Of a stretch of DNA of 64,000 nt, positions 50,265-63,071 are shown piece after piece. This DNA comes from Calditrichia bacterium (GTDB lineage Bacteria; Calditrichota; Calditrichia; JAJRVZ01), in assembly GCA_963796965.1 (NCBI GenBank), contig CAWCNS010000007.1, forward strand, positions 864,001 to 928,000, written 5' to 3'. Position 1 is the stretch's first letter, and each line of letters opens with the position of its first letter. The notes below the pieces were generated by a model. The model had not been told where the DNA came from, did not search any database, and saw nothing but the letters and a program-made list of their open reading frames with translations. Position numbers and translations under genes: made by a program.

Positions 50265-52940
50265 TTACTTGGTTCTCAGCGCTTCTTGTGCAGCTGCAAG
50301 ACGGGCAATCGGTACACGATAAGGTGAACAACTGACATAGTTCATCCCCACTCTGTGACAGAATCCTACTGATTTCGGTTCCCCGCCATGTTCTCCGCAG
50401 ATACCAATTTTCAGGTCTTTTTTTGTCGATCTACCCTTTTGCACGGCAATCTCAACCAGCTGACCAACACCCGATTGATCTAAAACCTGGAATGGATCTT
50501 CGGGAAGAATTCCTCTATCAACATATTCACCAAGGAATGTACCGGCATCATCACGTGAGTACCCAAAGGCCATCTGAGTCAAATCGTTGGTACCAAATGA
50601 AAAGAACTCTGCTTCCTCGGCAACTTCATCTGCTGTTAATGCAGCACGCGGTATCTCGATCATGGTTCCAATCATATAGTCCACCTTGACACCTGTTTTT
50701 TCCTGAACCGCATCGGCAACTTTCTTAACGATAGCTTTTTGATTAGCCAATTCAGCTTTGGTTCCAATAAGCGGAATCATAATTTCCGGATATACCTTCA
50801 CACCTTCTTTTGTGAGCTGGCAGGCTGCTTCCATAATAGCTTGTGCCTGCATTTCGGTAATCTCCGGATAGGTGATACCTAGACGACAACCACGGTGTCC
50901 AAGCATAGGGTTGAATTCGTGAAGTGAATCAACCTTCGCTTTAACTTCCGCTTTGGTAAGACCCATTTCATCGGCCATTTCCTGCTGATTTTCATCATCA
51001 TGGGGAAGAAATTCATGCAAAGGTGGGTCCAGGGTACGAATCGTAACAGGAAGATCATGCATCGCTTTTAATATGCCATAAAAATCTTCTTTTTGATACG
51101 GTAATAATTTTGCAAGGGCTTTGCGACGTCCCGCTTCATCATCGGCCAAGATCATTTCACGAACGGCTTTGATGCGATCACCTTCAAAAAACATATGTTC
51201 GGTGCGGCAAAGACCAATACCTTCAGCGCCAAAATTACGGGCAACATCTGAATCATGGGGTGTATCTGCATTTGTACGGACATTCAGGGTTCTGTATTCA
51301 TCAGCCCATGACATCAAAGTTCCAAAATTTCCAGATAATTCAGGGGTTACTGTCGGGACTTTTCCATCAATAACTTCGCCCAGAGATCCGTCAAGAGAGA
51401 TCCAATCGCCTTCCTTAAAGACTTTTGAACCGACTTTCATTTCCTTGGCCTTATATTCAATATTCAGACTACCGCATCCGGCAACACAACAGGTTCCCAT
51501 ACCTCTGGCAACGACGGCTGCGTGAGAGGTCATACCACCACGGGAAGTCAAGATACCTTTTGCGACATTCATTCCGCCAATATCTTCCGGTGAAGTTTCA
51601 ATTCTGACAAGAATAACATCCTCGCCACGCTCTGCCCATTCTTCAGCATCATCAGCATGGAAAACAATCCGACCTGTGGCAGCACCAGGTGATGCCGGCA
51701 ATCCTTTGGCCACAACATTTTTTTCTGCCTTAGGATCAAAGGTAGGATGGAGGAGTTGATCCAACTGCTCTGGTTCTACACGCATGACAGCAGTTTCCTT
51801 ATCAATCAATCCCTCTTCGAACATTTCCACAGCAATTCTCACAGCCGCTTCAGCTGTACGTTTACCATTTCTTGTCTGCAACATCCAGAGTTTACCACTT
51901 TGAATTGTAAACTCAATATCCTGCATATCTTTATAATGTACTTCCAGTTTATTATATATTCTATCCAGATCTTTATAAGGCTCTGGCATAATTTCTTCCA
52001 GAGTCTTTTGTTCCGGGCTGGATTTGGTTGCTATATTGACAGGTTCAGGTGTTCGTGTACCAGCAACCACATCTTCACCCTGTGCATTTACGAGATACTC
52101 ACCGTAAAACTTCTTTTCTCCTGTGGCGGGATCGCGAGTAAAGGCAACACCTGTGGCACAATCATCACCCATATTACCATAAACCATGGCTTGTACATTA
52201 ACCGCTGTACCCCATTCTGCAGGGATATCATTTAATTTACGATAGGTGACGGCACGCTGATTATTCCATGATCCAAAAACAGCGCTGACAGCACCCCATA
52301 ATTGTTCCCATGGATCAGTCGGGAAATCCTGACCTGTATTTTCCTTAATCGCATCCTTGAAGAGACCTACCATTCTTTTGAGATCTGCAGCAGAAAGGTC
52401 CGTATCTAGTTCAACACCCAATTCATCTTTCATATCCTGAATAATGACCTCAAAAGGATCTTCTTCTTCTTTAGATTCTGGTTTCATTCCCATGACAACA
52501 TCACCATACATCTGAACAAAACGGCGATAGGAATCCCAACCAAAACGCTCATTACCTGATTTCTCACTTATGCCGTTTACGGTGTCCTCATTAAGGCCCA
52601 AATTCAAAACCGTATCCATCATTCCGGGCATTGATGCAGGAGCACCAGAACGAACTGAAACAAGTAAAGGATTGTTTACATCTCCAAACTGAGCACCCAT
52701 AATCTTTTCGACGCTGGCAATACCTTCCTGGACCTGCTTTTTTACTTCATCAGTATACTGACCATCATTTTTATAATAGGCATGACAAACTTCTGTAGAT
52801 ATGGTAAAACCAGCCGGAACAGGAACACCCAAATTGGACATTTCTGCCAGGTTTGCACCTTTTCCTCCCAATAGGAGTTTCATGGTCGCATTACCCTCAG
52901 CCTTACCATCTCCAAATGTATAAACAAACTTACCAGACAT
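50265..52940 (-). CDS. ppdK: Pyruvate, phosphate dikinase
   Basis: [51 protein letters not shown]; start moved to MSGKF after GGAGG. Confidence 0.98.
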   Translation of the reverse strand: MSGKFVYTFGDGKAEGNATMKLLLGGKGANLAEMSNLGVPVPAGFTISTEVCHAYYKNDGQYTDEVKKQVQEGIASVEKIMGAQFGDVNNPLLVSVRSGAPASMPGMMDTVLNLGLNEDTVNGISEKSGNERFGWDSYRRFVQMYGDVVMGMKPESKEEEDPFEVIIQDMKDELGVELDTDLSAADLKRMVGLFKDAIKENTGQDFPTDPWEQLWGAVSAVFGSWNNQRAVTYRKLNDIPAEWGTAVNVQAMVYGNMGDDCATGVAFTRDPATGEKKFYGEYLVNAQGEDVVAGTRTPEPVNIATKSSPEQKTLEEIMPEPYKDLDRIYNKLEVHYKDMQDIEFTIQSGKLWMLQTRNGKRTAEAAVRIAVEMFEEGLIDKETAVMRVEPEQLDQLLHPTFDPKAEKNVVAKGLPASPGAATGRIVFHADDAEEWAERGEDVILVRIETSPEDIGGMNVAKGILTSRGGMTSHAAVVARGMGTCCVAGCGSLNIEYKAKEMKVGSKVFKEGDWISLDGSLGEVIDGKVPTVTPELSGNFGTLMSWADEYRTLNVRTNADTPHDSDVARNFGAEGIGLCRTEHMFFEGDRIKAVREMILADDEAGRRKALAKLLPYQKEDFYGILKAMHDLPVTIRTLDPPLHEFLPHDDENQQEMADEMGLTKAEVKAKVDSLHEFNPMLGHRGCRLGITYPEITEMQAQAIMEAACQLTKEGVKVYPEIMIPLIGTKAELANQKAIVKKVADAVQEKTGVKVDYMIGTMIEIPRAALTADEVAEEAEFFSFGTNDLTQMAFGYSRDDAGTFLGEYVDRGILPEDPFQVLDQSGVGQLVEIAVQKGRSTKKDLKIGICGEHGGEPKSVGFCHRVGMNYVSCSPYRVPIARLAAAQEALRTK

Positions 52941-53174
52941 ATTTCCTCCATTTATAAAAAACAAAATTTCACATAAAGATTAAGCCTACAATATACCATT
53001 CGATACATAAAATTTCAAGCAGGAGTTGGGATTTTTGGTACCGACCAGCTGATAAGGGATGTGGGATACGGCAACAATTCCAAATTATTCTCGTACTAAT
53101 CTTCATCTGCTAATTGTTAATTATATAACGATTCCTTAGTTTTATATGAATCATTCATAATAGAAAATAATCAG

Positions 53175-55550
53175 ATGCATAATTCCTTATCGTACCTTCT
53201 TCTCTCTCTTCTTATCTTTAATCTTCTATCGCTATCAGCAGCACAAACACTTCTCAAAGGTCATATTAAAGATGCTAAAACCCAGGAACCACTGGCTGCG
53301 GCCAATATTCAAATTGTAGGTACCTTTCAGGGGACTATATCTAACGAAGATGGAGATTTTATTTTACTCATAGGCAACCCACCAGCTTCCTTATCCATAA
53401 CCTACATTGGATACGAATCACAGAAAATCCTTATAGAAAATAATGATGATAATGAGATTCTTATCGCTCTTGAACCGATAATTCTTGAAATGGATGCGAT
53501 TGTTGTCGTAGCAGAGGATCCCGCCTTAGCAATTATGCGGGAAGTGATCCGCCGTAAACTTATCTGGCGCAAAGAAATTCAAACTTCCAGCGCACATGCC
53601 TATAGTCGCCTGGTATTTGAAAATGACTCCGGAATCGTATCGATTGCTGAAAGTTTATCGGAAACGTTTTGGGATAGTGAAAAGGGTTCGAGGGAAGTGA
53701 TTAAGTCCAAACGTCAGACAAGCAATCTGAGTGAGCAACAAAATATGGCTGTGGCCAGTTTTATTCCAAATTTTTATGATGATGATATCGAACTAATTGG
53801 ATTTAGTGTAATAGGACCAACCCACCCCGATGCTCTGGATTATTATGATTTTAAACTCCTAAAAGAAAAAAGACGAGACAATAAGACTGTTTTTGAGATT
53901 CAGGTCATTCCAGATAGTAAGTTACAACCAACATTTCAGGGTCGTTTGTGGGTTTTAGATGAAGATTTTGCTTTACTTAACGTCGAACTAAAACCAAGTA
54001 AATCTATTCATTTTCCTATTCCAATACAGGAATTAAATCTATATTATAAACAGCAATTTAGCAATTATGCCCGTAAATTTTGGTTACCTGTTGATTATCG
54101 TGTTAGCGGGGACATAAAAATTGGAATTTTGGGTTTACAATTCCCCAGGATAAAATATAAAAGAATCACAGCCCTTTCTGACTACCAGGTAAATATCCCA
54201 TTGCCTGATTCACTTTATGAAAAAGAAAAAATCCTAAGTGTAGATTCCCTTTCTCTTTCTCAAGACACCCTCTTCACCGCAAGAAAGATTCAGGTACCGC
54301 TTACCCATGCAGAAGAAACTGCTTATGAATCTTTAGACAGTACAATGACATTAGAAAAGGCATTCAAACCGACAGGATTTTTAGCGAATGTTATTGAGGC
54401 GACAGCCGGTGATGAAGAAGCTAATGCAAATGAAGGGACGGGGATACTCTCGTGGCTTTCCCCCCAGCTCTGGTACAACCGGGTAGATGCTCTCCATATT
54501 GGCCTTACGTTAAAACCAGACTTATCAGATCTCTTTAAAGTAAGCATTGGAGCCGGTTATAACACAGGTCTGAAAAATTGGTCCTTTTTAGCAGAATTAC
54601 ATTATCGGTTCGGATCTAAAAACCAATTTCATAGCACATTAAAATACGAGACAGGGACTGAGAGTCGCTATCCATCTGAAACCTACACCCTCTTTCTGGC
54701 CAGTCTTCCGCCTACATTCGCCCGACCAGACTATTTTGATTATTATTGGCAGGACGGTTTTTTTGTTGATTTTGGATATCGTTTTCGTGCAATAAATTCC
54801 ATATTCTCCATCGGTCTTAACTCTCACAAACAAAAGTCACTCGAAAAGACAACCGATTTCAATATTGTCGGATCTGGCTATGAACAACGAGAGAATCCGG
54901 CAATCAATGAAGGGACTATGCGAAGTCTGCTCTTCAAAGCCGAATACGGTGACGACTACATTCCATTCGGTATTGTTGGTCAAAACAGAGTCACCTTTCT
55001 CATTGAATATAGCGCCCCATCACTTTTAAAGAGTGAATACGATTTTACCAAATACAGTCTGAACGCTGATCTTCGAGTAAATACATTCTTGACCAGAAGA
55101 TTATTGCCCAATGCACTTGACATACATTTAACTATGGGTTATAGTACCGGGAAACTGCCATTACAACGTTATGGGATCGTCGATGGCAGTTTTGAAGTTT
55201 TTACCCCGTACGCCGTATTAAAATCAAGAAGATCAAGACCCTATGAAGGTGAAAGTTACCTGGGAGTGTTCTGGGAGCATAATTTTCGTACGGTACCATT
55301 TGAGTTAATCAATTTTGATTTCCTCGTCGAGAAGGGTGTTGGAATCATTGTATATGGTGGCCACGGACGATCCTGGATCTCGGAACAGACACTTTCAGAA
55401 CTAACCTTTATACCAGCATACACGACGCGTATGCATAATGAGACAGGTTTTTCTATAAATAATATCTTTAGTCTTCTTCGCTTTGACACTACTTATCGCT
55501 GGGAAACTAAAGGCATCTATGTGGGCATATCAATGGCCCGTTTCTTTTAA
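53175..55550 (+). CDS. Outer-membrane protein with carboxypeptidase-regulatory-like domain and DUF5686
   Basis: Signal peptide; G.IKDAKT.EPL..ANI...GTISN.DG.F; ITYIGYE; beta-barrel-like C-terminus ending in F. Confidence 0.8.
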   Translation: MHNSLSYLLLSLLIFNLLSLSAAQTLLKGHIKDAKTQEPLAAANIQIVGTFQGTISNEDGDFILLIGNPPASLSITYIGYESQKILIENNDDNEILIALEPIILEMDAIVVVAEDPALAIMREVIRRKLIWRKEIQTSSAHAYSRLVFENDSGIVSIAESLSETFWDSEKGSREVIKSKRQTSNLSEQQNMAVASFIPNFYDDDIELIGFSVIGPTHPDALDYYDFKLLKEKRRDNKTVFEIQVIPDSKLQPTFQGRLWVLDEDFALLNVELKPSKSIHFPIPIQELNLYYKQQFSNYARKFWLPVDYRVSGDIKIGILGLQFPRIKYKRITALSDYQVNIPLPDSLYEKEKILSVDSLSLSQDTLFTARKIQVPLTHAEETAYESLDSTMTLEKAFKPTGFLANVIEATAGDEEANANEGTGILSWLSPQLWYNRVDALHIGLTLKPDLSDLFKVSIGAGYNTGLKNWSFLAELHYRFGSKNQFHSTLKYETGTESRYPSETYTLFLASLPPTFARPDYFDYYWQDGFFVDFGYRFRAINSIFSIGLNSHKQKSLEKTTDFNIVGSGYEQRENPAINEGTMRSLLFKAEYGDDYIPFGIVGQNRVTFLIEYSAPSLLKSEYDFTKYSLNADLRVNTFLTRRLLPNALDIHLTMGYSTGKLPLQRYGIVDGSFEVFTPYAVLKSRRSRPYEGESYLGVFWEHNFRTVPFELINFDFLVEKGVGIIVYGGHGRSWISEQTLSELTFIPAYTTRMHNETGFSINNIFSLLRFDTTYRWETKGIYVGISMARFF

Positions 55551-55600
55551 GCAGATAATCTATTTTGAAATGATCTACTTAAATATTTATCTTTTTTTTA

Positions 55601-55695
55601 ACCACAAAGTCCTCAAAGAAGGCACTAAGATCACAAAGTTATTCTTATGATTTTTTTCTTTGAGTACTTTGTGCCTTTTTTGTGTACTTTGTGGT
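55601..55695. repeat. Inverted-repeat element (CACAAAG type)
   Basis: ACCACAAAGTCCTCAAAGAAGGCACTAAG ... CTTTGTGCCTTTTTTGTGTACTTTGTGGT. Confidence 0.75.
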
Positions 55696-55830
55696 AAATC
55701 TTTATCTTTAGCGGTCTGAGACTGTCAGGCCTGAAGAGAGATCCCTAATTTCTCATTGTTAAAAAAGACTTTCATTATTTAAAAATCATATTATCTTTAA
55801 CACTACCATCGAATTTAGAGGGGTTCTATC

Positions 55831-56422
55831 ATGAAATTTTACATTTATTTTGGAATATTGTCTCTATTTCTACTTAACGCATGTGGTAAAAATGAGGTTC
55901 AGACAGTAACGCCAACAGAAGTCTGAAAAGGCAGAAATTATCCCCATCGGAGAGAAGGCAGCGGGGATATTACTAAAAACGTTACAAGGAGAGTTGATGG
56001 CTGCTGTTAAGGCTGAAGGGGTAATGGGTGCCATTACCATTTGCAATGAAAGAGCGATAAGATTGACCGATTCACTAACCCAAAATTTATCCCGGGTAAA
56101 AGATATAAAAAGAACCAGTTCAAAATATCGCAATCCCAAAAACAAACCAGATTCTTATGAACAAGAGGCATTAAAGTTTTTTAGTTCGAAACCTGAGCAC
56201 CTAAAAGAAGTATTCGTCCAAAAAATAATCCAGGGATCAGAAACACATTTTCGTTATTATAAACCCCTGACTATTAAACCCGTATGTACCTTTTGCCATG
56301 GACCTTCAGAGAACCTGTCACCAGATCTGGTTGAAAAAGTCAAAAAATATTATCCCGAGGATAAAGCAGTCGGATATAATCTAGGAGATTTTCGGGGGGT
56401 TGTTCGTGTATCTGTGCAATAA
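55831..56422 (+). CDS. DUF3365 (Tll0287-like) c-type heme lipoprotein, frameshifted near 55920
   Basis: Lipobox LNAC from ATG 55831; KRTS.KYRNPKNKPD, CTFCHG, YPEDKAVGY..GDFRG. Confidence 0.85.
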
Positions 56423-56502
56423 TGAAGGTATGATTCGACATATTCATCTCACGCTGCGCCGCGTCGTTGCGCCGCTGCGTGAGTCAGATTTGTAGAATTG
56501 GA

Positions 56503-57578
56503 TTAATCGTCCTCTGATAGGGATTTGTCGATATCAAATATTATTCTTCCGTTCAGGTATTCTCTGGTTTCGTAGCGTGTAATATGCATTAATTTCCGGG
56601 TAATCTTACTCATTTTCTTGATTTCATCTTTTATTATCGCAATTTTTTCTTTTAATTGATTCTTAGCCATTTTATCGGTTATCATCTCAGAATTGACTGA
56701 TACCACGGTCATGGGTTGATTCAGCTCATGGCAAACCGCACCTGCCATCTCTAATACCCCCTTCATTCTTTCTTTCTGAACCCGATCCTCCTCTGCAAGA
56801 AGTTTCTCAGTTACATCATGAGCAATACAAAGAATTCCTTCTTTACCATCCGGAAGTGTTATTTTGGATTCATGCAAATCCATAAAACAAATGGAACCAT
56901 CTTTTCCTACACTTTTCTCATGGTGTTTTAATACCTGACCCTTTTTTAACTTATTGATATTTTCGCTGACGTCTGCTAGTTGATCTGGGTGGACAAGAAT
57001 TTCAACATTTTTTCCGATGAGATCATCCCTGGTATAGCCCAGAGAAGTGCAAAAAGCTGGATTAACATCCAATATTTCCCCATCAAGATCCTCCAACATC
57101 AATCCAGTTGGAGATAATTCGAATAATGTCTGGTATCTTTTATTATTTTCTGCAAGTTCTTTTTCACTATCTTGGCAGAAGTGATATCCCTGATTACAGC
57201 AAAAGTAGCTTTTTCACCATTATAATCGATTATAGTAACATTAGCTTCGATAAATACTTCCTTCTTATCCTTCTTTATAAATACAGTTTCATATCGAGAT
57301 GAGACCTCATTTCCTTTTTGACGTTCGATCGCCCTACCACTCAGGATATTTAAACCCTTTTGTGTATAGACCTCCCGGTAATCCATCATCATTAATTCAT
57401 CATATTCATAACCAAGCATGTTGGCAAACTGTTGGTTGAAATAGATGAACTTGTCTTTTTGGCTTATAACAATTGAATCGTTAACATTCTCCACAAGAAG
57501 CCGATACTTCTCTTCAGAATCCCTAAGGCTGATCACAGGAACCTTTTTTGTATTTTCCTCTATATGAGCGAACACCAA
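56503..57578 (-). CDS. PAS-PAS-HisKA(DHp) protein without ATPase domain, frameshifted near 57170
   Basis: Two PAS domains joined by EKELAENNKRYQTLFELSPTG in the shifted frame; H-box AGAVCHELNQPM; ends about 75 aa later. Confidence 0.8.
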
Positions 57579-57693
57579 AACTCCTAAGTAAATATTTTAT
57601 TGAAATAGTTTAATCATTTCAGTTGTATAATTTTATTTTATTTGAATTTTAATAATATGAGATTTAAAGAAATAAAATCCTGAGAGAGGTGTC

Positions 57694-59128
57694 TTAATTA
57701 ACAGGTAAGGAAATTGTATATTCACAATAATTTTCACTTGTAAAAGTAATTTTAATTTTCCCCCTGTGCATTTTCAATTTCTTTTTCACCATTTCCATAT
57801 CATGAAATATTTCTTGACTATTTTCTGCCTCCGTAAGATTTGATGTGGACATTGTAGGCATAAAGAGTAACCGAATCACCTCTGCACCCAGTTGGTCCTG
57901 AACAGAGTTTTTCTCACCTAACATCTCTGCTTCTGTACTTTCAATCGATTTCTGCAAGAGACGTTCGATTCTAATTAATCGGCCATCATGACGTAATTTA
58001 AACCCAAACAGTCGGTTACTGGAGAATGTTTCTATCTCTAAAGTTCCAATGGGACTTTTATTGGCACTTCGTCTTTCATCAGGTTTTTCGAAACAATATT
58101 GTATAGAGAATCTGACAAGGATGATCAAAAATTCTCTAACAATTTGTTGATAGATGTAGGGAATGGCAGAACTATTAAACTTCTCATAGTTAAATTGAAC
58201 CTCTTTACCAAGATCCTTTGCTGAATTTTGAACCAAATTATCAATGGCTCGAATAATCAATCCATCTTCAAATTTTCGTTTCGGTCTAATGGACCCAGTA
58301 AAATGTTTAAAACGGTTCATTAACACTTTTACATCCTGAAGCATTTGCCTTATTTCACCTAATTGAATTACAATTGGTACAAAATCCCCACTATTTTTCT
58401 CTTCCTTATTGCTCACCAATTTTATTTGAGACTCAAATTGCTTTAATTTTGTATTTAGAAAATTGAGTTTCAAGAGAGAGGCATTACTAATCAATTGATG
58501 AACTGTTCTGAGAATACGATTAAAAATAATGTTATAATGCTCTGAGTCCTTGGATTCTTTTATTTCTTTATCGATTGATTGCATCTCCGACTCTGAAACA
58601 TCCAGGAACTCTTTAAGCAATGGAGGTTCCACATGAAGCATATTAACCAGCCATTCCATTTGCTTATTTGTATCTTGCTCTACTTCTTCTAGTCTTCTTT
58701 GAAAGCGATATTTGCTTGGTAATATCGCCGACAGTTGCAATTAATCCGACAATTTTCTTTTCTCGGCGAATTCGCTTAAAATTAAAATTTAGATACTTGG
58801 AAGATGTCCATAATCCCCAACGATTTTCAAAATGGAATTCAACAGCATTTAATGGATTTAATTCATTGATCGTCTCTTCATCAAGATCGTCTTTTAACAT
58901 CAACCCCAGAAATTCTACTGTATTATTAACAATATTTTCAGGCACCCGATTTGCAAACAAGGAAACAAATGGTTGGCCACTTGTTATTTCCTGATCGATA
59001 ATCCGTTCCAGAGAGGCGGAATACTCGTCAGTAATATCCAGATTCTCATTTAAATAGAGGAGCCCCTCTTCGAGAGAATTTAGGATATCCTTTTTGCCGA
59101 GATCTTTATGTATTGTTTCTGTTTGCAT
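57694..59128 (-). CDS. PAS-like / Hpt / degenerate HATPase CheA-like protein, frameshifted near 58705
   Basis: Colinear with the C-terminal part of 60140-63051 (ELNPL, LHVEP, RPKR.FE); ATP-binding boxes degenerate. Confidence 0.8.
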
Positions 59129-59266
59129 ATATCAGTTGCTTTTTCCAGCTCCAGTTATATTTATTAAATTCCTTAGGATATTAATTAAATATCAATAATC
59201 TTACATCTAACCATTCCTCAATTCTTCATCAGCGTCACAAGATTTCCATACTCACAACAATTCCTA

Positions 59267-59713
59267 CTATTCAAGGCAGACAACCAAAAATGTTTTGAAT
59301 TCACGCCACGTGATTGGTATAACAAAGGATTGGATATTATCAGGTAACTTAATATCTCTTGCCTTTCCATCAACAACAACCGGAACTGAAATCATAAAAT
59401 CACTGCCATAGGCCTGGCGAACATTTCCTGAGATTGTATTGGCTATTTCGCCTACCAGGTCTTTTACTTCGCCCTGATCAATATCATCAAGACCCAGTAT
59501 TAGTTTAGCAATTGATTTTAACATATCCTCTGAAGCCGTAACATAAATACTGCCTTTTCTCTTTCCAGATATACCGATTATACCGGTATATTCCAATACT
59601 ACCGGCTCTGCATCTTTTATATATGGAATGCCAGCAGTTGCCTTTTCGTTGGTCACTTCTTCAAAATAGTTTACTGTAGAATCAATAAAGAAGTGAAGAT
59701 CGGTTTCATTCAT
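59267..59713 (-). CDS. cheX: CheX family phosphatase
   Basis: TGIIGISG..KG, DLVGEIANTISG (ExxN), ISVPVVVDG. Confidence 0.9.
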   Translation of the reverse strand: MNETDLHFFIDSTVNYFEEVTNEKATAGIPYIKDAEPVVLEYTGIIGISGKRKGSIYVTASEDMLKSIAKLILGLDDIDQGEVKDLVGEIANTISGNVRQAYGSDFMISVPVVVDGKARDIKLPDNIQSFVIPITWREFKTFLVVCLE

Positions 59714-59746
59714 TTTATTTTTTCTCCTCTTAGATCTTAATCATAA

Positions 59747-60115
59747 TTAATCAATAAGTCTTTCAAAAGATGATCGTAATTTCTCGGGTGTAAATGGCTT
59801 GGGTAGAAAACTTTTTGCACCTAACTTGATGGCTTTTAGACCGGTACTTTTATCAGATAGCGCTGTAACAACCATCACCTTTACATTTTCGTCAATTTTA
59901 AGCATCTCTTCCAATACAGTCAATCCATCCACTTCTGGCATGGTAATATCCAATGTAACAACATCCGGTTTAGTTTCCCGGAATACCTCCAGAGCTATTT
60001 TTCCGTCCTCGGCCGTGCCAACAACCTCAATATCAAAATCATTGAGGTGTTTCTGGATGGCCTGACGTATGATCGCAGAGTCGTCTACAATCATTAATTT
60101 GACTTGTTTACTCAT
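59747..60115 (-). CDS. cheY: CheY-like single-domain response regulator
   Basis: VDDS, TLDITMPEVDG, VTA, KPF. Confidence 0.88.
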   Translation of the reverse strand: MSKQVKLMIVDDSAIIRQAIQKHLNDFDIEVVGTAEDGKIALEVFRETKPDVVTLDITMPEVDGLTVLEEMLKIDENVKVMVVTALSDKSTGLKAIKLGAKSFLPKPFTPEKLRSSFERLID

Positions 60116-60139
60116 GCATCCTCCCCTATAATAATAAAA

Positions 60140-63051
60140 TTAATTTGTTAGTTTATATGATTTACCTGGTTTTGTCTTTTTCTTAACAGGTAAGTTAACT
60201 AAAAATTCCAGGAACTCCCCTTCTCTGAAATTCATAGATATTTTGCCCTGGTGATTCTCAATGCTTTTTTTTATTGTTCCCATACCAACACCCCGACCGG
60301 CATTAAGATCTACCGACTCAGCGGTCGATATTCCGGATTCATAAATTAACTCCGCCAGCTGGTTCTGATCCCATTCATCAATTTCATCTTTTTTCCATTT
60401 TCCTAAATTCTCGGCAATTTCCTTTAGTTTCTTTAGATTTATTCCCTGGCCATCATCCCGATACTTAAAACAAAAATCGCCGTTTTTTGAAAAAGTAGAA
60501 ATTTCAATGCACCCTCTTACCGATTTATTGTTCTTCTTTCTTTCCTCCGGGTTCTCGATGCCATGAGTCATGCTGTTTCGCACAAATTGAATCAATAGAT
60601 CCTTGATTAAAAGCCGGTATTCATAGGGCAATTCCTCACCCTTAAACTGGTCATGAACAAATTGAACTTCTTTTTTCAAGTCATCCGATAAATTTGAGAT
60701 CAGATTACTGATCGAATTAACCAAAATTTGATTCTCAAAAGCCCGTTTGGGACGGAAATGGGTGTGAATTTGGCTGATGCGTTCAATCATATTGTTAATT
60801 TCTTCTATACTGTTGCGCAAATCACCTAATTTCATAACAAGTGGTATGAAATCCCGGGAAGAGAGTGTTTCTTTTTCCTGTAGCGCTTCAATTAATTCTT
60901 CAAAGGCATGGGCTTGTTTGGCAAAAAATTTCAGATCGAGTAAACTTGCATTGCCTTTAACCAGGTGAATAGAACGGTATATATTTCTGAGAACAGACAA
61001 ATAGTCTTCTTCAGAATCTTCCATTCTAAACATCTTTTTAATAGTATTTAACTCTCTTGTTGCACCATCAATAAATTCTTTCAGCAACTGAGGCTCAACG
61101 TGCAATATTCCAAGGAACCATTCCATCTGTAGTTTAGAATGTTCTTCTGATTCTTCAAGTTTTTTTGAAAGTTTTACTTTCTCTGTAATATCGGTTACGG
61201 TACCCATTAATCCACTAACTTGCTGATTCACCTCAATTCGTTGAAATTTAAATGCCAGAATTTTCTCTGTCGTGAGAAGTTCATCTTTTTTAAGGAAATT
61301 CAATTTTATATGAGCCAATGGATTTAAATCACCCAATGTTTTTTCATCGATATCAGGATTGAACATTAAATCTAAATAGTCCTGAATGTTTTCATTTTCT
61401 TTTTCGTCTATTTTATTTTGTAGTATGTCTGTAATCTTTTTCTGTCCGGGCTCATTTAAGTCAAGAATTTCTGATAAAGCAGCCGAATGTTGAGATCCTA
61501 TCCGTTGATCTCTATCAAGAATAAATATACCTTCTTCAACATTCTTCAAGATTGTATCTGTCTCTTTTTTTGCTGCCTGCAGATGGTTTCTTGATTGACG
61601 CAAGTCATTTTCTGCTTTAAGCCGTTCTTCAATCTCCAGCTGTGCTTGATTATAAAGCCGTGCATTATCGATAGCTGCAGCAATTTGCGAACTTAACGTT
61701 TCTGCTGCTGTAACATCTGATTCATCAAATGCCCCAGGCTGGTCACTTTGATAATCAAGAACACCTATTACCTGCTGTCCCTTCATAATCGGTATTGACA
61801 TTTCCGATCGCGTAATTTCTCCTGCTTTTTTTACATAATTCCGATTTAATGTTACATCACCACTCAATTGTGTCTGATGTGTCAAAGCGGCCAATCCAAT
61901 CATTCCCTCGCCTTCTTTTATAGTCAGGTCAACAGGAAAAACACTGGCATAAGCACCCGCAATAGACTGAAGTCGCAAGGTTCTTGTTTCCTCATCTAAG
62001 GACAACAACATGACCCCATAGTAATCAAAAGAATCACGGATATTGGTGACAATCGCTGAAAGAAGGTTGTCGAGATCTAATTCTCCACTAACCTTTTGCC
62101 CGATCTTGTAGAGGAGTGCCGACTGGGTTGCCCGGCGCTTTGCCAAATCTTCGAGTTTTTTACTATAGGTTATTTCTTTTTGAGCATTTTCGTATAGACG
62201 TGCATTTTCTATGGCAGTCGCAATTTGTGAGCAGAGCGTTTCGGCAACTTCCACATCAGATTGGTCAAAAGCATTTTTTCTATCACTCTGAAAGTCAAGA
62301 ACCCCTATCACATCGTCTTTACCAATAATTGGAATAGACAGTTCCGAAATAGTTACTTCTTCGGCCTTTTTAACATAGTGGCGATTTGCTGTTACATCAT
62401 TACTAAGTTGCGTACTTTTATCTAAGCAGCCTGACCGATCATACCCTCACCAATTTTGATTGTCAATGAGTCAGGAAATACACCCTGATATCCGCCGGCA
62501 ATAGACTGTAAATTTAGCTGTTTTTTCTTTTTATTTATAAGCAATAGCATGACACCATAAAAATCGAATGTTTCATGGATACTGTTAACAATTTCATTCA
62601 ATACAGATTCCAGATCCAGATTACTGCTTATTCGTTTTCCGATAGCGGAAATCAGAGTCGCCTGAGAAGCCCTGCGTTCCAACTCTTTTTCAATTTTCAC
62701 ACGATCTGTAACATCTCTAACAATGCTTACAGTCGCATTTTTTCCTTCATAAACGATATGGTCAGATAAGACCTCCACAACTATTCGCTTACCGTTTTTC
62801 TTAAAATGAGTAAAGGTAAAGGGTATATCTTTGTTGACAATCTTGATTGCCTTTTTTACCCGCTCTTGTTCCTCCATTGGATGTAAATCTAAAAATGTCA
62901 TCCCTTTTAATTCAGAGAGTACGTAGCCATAAATCCTGTTGACAGATTTATTACAATCAAGGATCTTACATTTTTCTTTTTCAAAAATGAAGATAGGATC
63001 AGCGATCTGATTGAAAAGCCCGTAATATTTATTTTTACTCGTGTTTTGCAT
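60140..63051 (-). CDS. PAS-GAF-GAF-PAS-like / Hpt / HATPase CheA-like kinase lacking CheW domain, frameshifted near 62425
   Basis: Two similar GAF repeats; Hpt RSIHLVKGNA; RNSMTHGIE, DDGQGI, GRGVGM; protein ends right after the HATPase. Confidence 0.88.
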
Positions 63052-63071
63052 AATTTTTTATTTGGTAGCAT

